In this document: one piece after another, positions 60,728 to 64,000 of the stretch
Numbering within the stretch: the stretch's first letter is position 1
Layout: each line of letters begins with the position of its first letter
Assembly (NCBI GenBank): GCA_051531975.1
Contig: JAOPTT010000010.1
Span: forward strand, 128,001 to 192,000
From: Spirochaetaceae bacterium
GTDB lineage: Bacteria > Spirochaetota > Spirochaetia > DSM-2461
Direction: 5' to 3'
Length of the DNA: 64,000 bases
Translations under genes and position numbers: made by a program
Notes under the pieces: model-generated
Database searches by the model: none
The model's input: only the letters and a program-made list of their open reading frames with translations
What the model was told of the DNA's origin: nothing

Positions 60728-60872
60728 TGTTATTATATCATGATCATTATATAACTAAGAATTATATTGAATAATAATTTAAATATTAGTAACTTGCCTA
60801 CAATCACGAACTTAACATTGTAATTAGCAGTAATAAGTGTTAAAAATACTAATCTAATTTTAAGGAATATTT

Positions 60873-62393
60873 GTGGATAAAAGTAATATAATCTCTTGTA
60901 TAGAAACACTAAGAGAACTTATAAATAACGACGAAGTTTATGTAACTCTAAAAGAAGAGGAACAGATTGAACTGATGAAGTTAGCTGGGAAAATATCTCA
61001 CCCAGATGTATATACTCTTAAACAGAGAAGAAAAATAAAAAAACGTATCAAGAGACAAGAAAAAACTACACTTGAGAAAAAAGCTAGAGCTGCAACAGGT
61101 ATTAGGATTGCCCGTGAGGACTCTGTATTTCAGGCTCCTCTTATGTTAGAAAATGAATCAACAATAGAAAGAGATGACTTATATTTACAATCCCCTAGAA
61201 ATTGTTACGTTTGCAAGGATAAGTTCACAAAACTTCACCATTTCTACGATACAATGTGTCCAACATGTGCAGATCTTAACTATAAAAAAAGATTCCAAAC
61301 CACAGACTTAAAAGGTCAAGTAGCAGTAATTACTGGTTCTAGATTAAAAATAGGTTACCATTCAACTTTAATGATGTTACGTTCTGGTGCAACAGTTGTA
61401 GCAACAACTAGGTTCCCAGTAGATTCTGCAATACGTTACTCAAAAGAAAAAGATTTTAATATTTGGGGACATAGGTTGCATATTTATGGGTTAGATTTAA
61501 GACATACCCCTAGTGTTGAAATATTCTGTAGCCATATAGAACAAACTTTTGATAGGTTAGATATTTTAATTAACAATGCAGCACAAACCGTTAGACGTCC
61601 TCCTGGATTCTACTCACACATGATGGAGAACGAAATGAAATCATTTTCACATTTCTCTGATGGTGTTCAGATGCTTTTACATAACTTTGAAGTTTGTACT
61701 GACAAAATAAATGCTATATCCAAAAATAGCCAAGATCCTGAAAGTTCACTTCCAGTAGCATGGAATGCAAAAGCTCCTGGAATTGGGTTAAGAGAGTCTG
61801 CAAAACTTTCACAAATACCATACTCATACGATGATGCACTTTCAACTGAGGAGATATTCCCTACTGGTCAACTAGATGTAGATCTACAGCAAGTAGATTT
61901 AAGAACCACAAATAGCTGGAGATTAAAATTAGGTGAAATTAATACATCAGAAATGTTAGAGGTTCAACTTGTAAACGCAGTTGCTCCTTTTGTACTTTGT
62001 AACCAGTTAGCACCACTAATGAAAAGGGATAATACTGGTAAAAAGCATATAATAAATGTTACAGCTATGGAGGGTAAGTTTCAACGTTTCAAGAAAGAAG
62101 CTAGACACCCACATACAAATATGGCAAAGGCTGCACTTAATATGTTAACACATACTTCAAGTCGAGAGTTTGCTGACTTTGGTATATTTATGAACGCAGT
62201 TGATACTGGTTGGGTAACAGATGAAGATCCAGTACAGTTATCGAAGCTTAAAGTTGATTTACATGACTTTCAGCCACCATTAGATATTGTTGATGGGGCC
62301 GCTAGAGTTATGGACCCACTAATAGATGGAATAAACTCTGGTAAACATTGGTGTGGTAAGTTCTTAAAGGACTACTTTCCAATTGATTGGTAA
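60873..62393 (+). CDS. Atypical SDR oxidoreductase with an N-terminal CxxC...CxxC zinc-finger-like region
   Basis: CYVC...[43 protein letters not shown]. Confidence 0.85.
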   Translation: MDKSNIISCIETLRELINNDEVYVTLKEEEQIELMKLAGKISHPDVYTLKQRRKIKKRIKRQEKTTLEKKARAATGIRIAREDSVFQAPLMLENESTIERDDLYLQSPRNCYVCKDKFTKLHHFYDTMCPTCADLNYKKRFQTTDLKGQVAVITGSRLKIGYHSTLMMLRSGATVVATTRFPVDSAIRYSKEKDFNIWGHRLHIYGLDLRHTPSVEIFCSHIEQTFDRLDILINNAAQTVRRPPGFYSHMMENEMKSFSHFSDGVQMLLHNFEVCTDKINAISKNSQDPESSLPVAWNAKAPGIGLRESAKLSQIPYSYDDALSTEEIFPTGQLDVDLQQVDLRTTNSWRLKLGEINTSEMLEVQLVNAVAPFVLCNQLAPLMKRDNTGKKHIINVTAMEGKFQRFKKEARHPHTNMAKAALNMLTHTSSREFADFGIFMNAVDTGWVTDEDPVQLSKLKVDLHDFQPPLDIVDGAARVMDPLIDGINSGKHWCGKFLKDYFPIDW

Positions 62394-62424
62394 AAATACA
62401 GCCCCTGAGGGCTGATTTTTTTCT
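62394..62424 (+). terminator. Intrinsic terminator, probably bidirectional
   Basis: CAGCCC-CTGA-GGGCTG (62399-62414) followed by ATTTTTTT; A-rich on the upstream side. Confidence 0.8.
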
Positions 62425-62435
62425 TTATTTTTTCT

Positions 62436-62810
62436 CTAATATTTAACTACTGTTCCACTTATAGTGACCGTTGAAGGTGCATAAATGTTACTTGTAAAAT
62501 AATTTAGAAGATAGTTGATGAAATTTGCACCGTATGTAATTTCAATATTAACAGCTGCATCACCACCATATTTACCAATCTCTCTCTGAATAGCATCATA
62601 AACTGGATCAATAGAGTTATCTGCACCATTATTAAAAAGTGTTGATCCCCCTGAACTACCAAAAAACTTATGAACTGTAACCTTAGTATTAAATTCACCA
62701 ATTACTTGAAAACTAGGCATCTCATCTGTCATTTGTAATCCACCAAATTTTGCTGTAGTACAACTAGTAAAAAGTATTAAACTAACTATAAGTAATATTA
62801 TTTTTTTCAT
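62436..62810 (-). CDS. Small lipoprotein of unknown function
   Basis: Lipobox FTSC; GGDAAVNIEI motif; SD AAGGAG. Confidence 0.75.
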   Translation of the reverse strand: MKKIILLIVSLILFTSCTTAKFGGLQMTDEMPSFQVIGEFNTKVTVHKFFGSSGGSTLFNNGADNSIDPVYDAIQREIGKYGGDAAVNIEITYGANFINYLLNYFTSNIYAPSTVTISGTVVKY

Positions 62811-62930
62811 TATTACTCCTTCAATAATATTTTGAAAGTTTAAATGATTTTATAAAACTTTACTATTATTATAATTAATTTATCTGAAAACAAATTAACA
62901 CACTTATTCTTAGGTAATATGTTATAAAAT

Positions 62931-62956
62931 CTACCTAGGAATAAAACCTAGGCAAC
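62931..62956 (-). terminator. Probable terminator downstream of rsgA
   Basis: CCTAGG-N7-CCTAGG hairpin (62934-62952), extendable by G-U pairs, followed by ATTTT on the minus strand. Confidence 0.45.
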
Positions 62957-62961
62957 CTACA

Positions 62962-63999
62962 TTATTTATTTAGTGATCTGGCAAACTTAGAAATATCCTT
63001 CCACTTCTTCTTCTCATCTTGTTGAGCTTTTAATGAAGTTTTTCTCTCAAGAAACTGAAGTTCTTTCTTCATTTTTAGGTACCTATTATACCTATCCTTA
63101 TCAAGTTCTCCACTATCTAAAGCGCGTTGTACCTGACAACCTGGTTCACCATTGTGGGAACAATCAGAAAACTTGCACAGATCTGCAAATTCTGAGATAT
63201 CTTCGAAGGTACTATCTAATGTATCCTCGTCTCCCCATAGTTGTAACTCTTTTAAACCTGGGCTATCAATTAATATAGAACCATCGTCTAATAAAATAAG
63301 TTCTTTATGTGTTGTTGTGTGTTTACCTTTTTTATCATCATCTCTAATAGATCCTGTACGCATAATTTCAACACCACAGAGGGCATTTATTAAAGCTGAT
63401 TTACCAACACCAGAGAACCCTGTAAATGCTATAGTTTTACCTGGCTTTAAGTATTTTCTTAAATCATCTAACCCACTACCATCAATGGCACTTGTAAGAT
63501 AAATAGGAGTTCCAGCGGCAATTAACTCAGTTTTATAGATAAAATCTGCTGTATTTTCACATATATCTGATTTATTTAGAACAATTATAGGGGAAGCTCC
63601 ACTATCCCAGGCTCTAGTTAAAAACCTTTCTACTGCACCTTCTGAGTAGTTCCGACCACCTTCTAATCCAAAAACTAAAAAGATATAGTCAATATTAGCG
63701 GCTATAACTTGTTCTTCGATTTCATTACCTGCTCGCTTTCTAGAGAATGAACTTTTTCTCTCTATTAACTTCTCTATTACTGCTGTATCCTGATCCAATT
63801 TAACAGCTACCCAATCACCAATTGTTGGGTAATCTGCTCTATTTATTGCTGTGAATACAAAGTGTCCCGAAACCTTACCAGAGTATCGCCCCTGTTCTGT
63901 TTCTATCTCATATAGATGCCTAGACTCTTTTACAATACGTCCAATATGTAATCCCTGTTCTACTAAATATTCTGTTAGTTCTTTGAAATAGGAAGTTAA
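62962..63999 (-). CDS. rsgA: Ribosome small subunit-dependent GTPase A (start lies beyond the window)
   Basis: AANID, NKSD, GFSGVGKS, GKHTTT, DSPG, CKFSDCSHNGEPGC. The frame stays open upstream of 63798 to the window edge (...PTIGDWV...). Confidence 0.95.
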   Translation of the reverse strand, partial: LTSYFKELTEYLVEQGLHIGRIVKESRHLYEIETEQGRYSGKVSGHFVFTAINRADYPTIGDWVAVKLDQDTAVIEKLIERKSSFSRKRAGNEIEEQVIAANIDYIFLVFGLEGGRNYSEGAVERFLTRAWDSGASPIIVLNKSDICENTADFIYKTELIAAGTPIYLTSAIDGSGLDDLRKYLKPGKTIAFTGFSGVGKSALINALCGVEIMRTGSIRDDDKKGKHTTTHKELILLDDGSILIDSPGLKELQLWGDEDTLDSTFEDISEFADLCKFSDCSHNGEPGCQVQRALDSGELDKDRYNRYLKMKKELQFLERKTSLKAQQDEKKKWKDISKFARSLNK

Positions 64000-64000
64000 T

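Noticed and set aside
522..63502. Many 60-160 aa ORFs antisense to or nested within long genes (for example 12434-12913, 13157-13555, 21289-21750, 38228-38617, 63152-63502)
   Set aside because: They are shadow frames of well-supported genes, with no motifs or initiation signals.
1..64000. Mobile elements, prophage, tRNA/rRNA or recognised anti-phage defence systems
   Set aside because: I saw no transposase, integrase or phage genes and no structured RNA genes; intergenic spaces are short and AT-rich.

Overview
An AT-rich, densely coding bacterial chromosome segment with about 53 CDSs. Gene content and style (lipoprotein-MltD cluster, XPB pair, AroD-AroE fusion, tandem HAMP-GAF-SpoIIE phosphatases) suggest a free-living spirochaete; that assignment is inference. 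I saw no rRNA, tRNA, CRISPR array, IS element or prophage. Core genes: icd, prfA-prmC-rel-trmL, pcnB, aroDE, aspartokinase, dinB, dprA and rsgA. Signalling genes: a double-Cache MCP, a sensor-less histidine kinase, an OmpR/BaeS-type pair, and a hybrid kinase next to a REC-adenylate cyclase. The main observations are: (1) about 13 transcription-unit-first genes have a -10 hexamer only 4-8 nt before an ATG and no Shine-Dalgarno, suggesting pervasive leaderless mRNAs enriched in DNA-repair and RNA/translation genes; (2) a four-gene operon (class III aminotransferase, two-domain class II aldolase, TetR, FGGY kinase) with a palindromic operator, suggesting an unassigned amino-sugar/aminopolyol catabolic pathway; (3) an XPB helicase translationally coupled to a partner that repeats the XPB N-terminal domain, reminiscent of TFIIH XPB-p52; (4) a probable copper/redox operon with a readable OmpR-type direct-repeat site; (5) 7 of 9 convergent gene junctions overlap at their 3' ends. 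All functional calls come from motifs read by eye, with no database searches.
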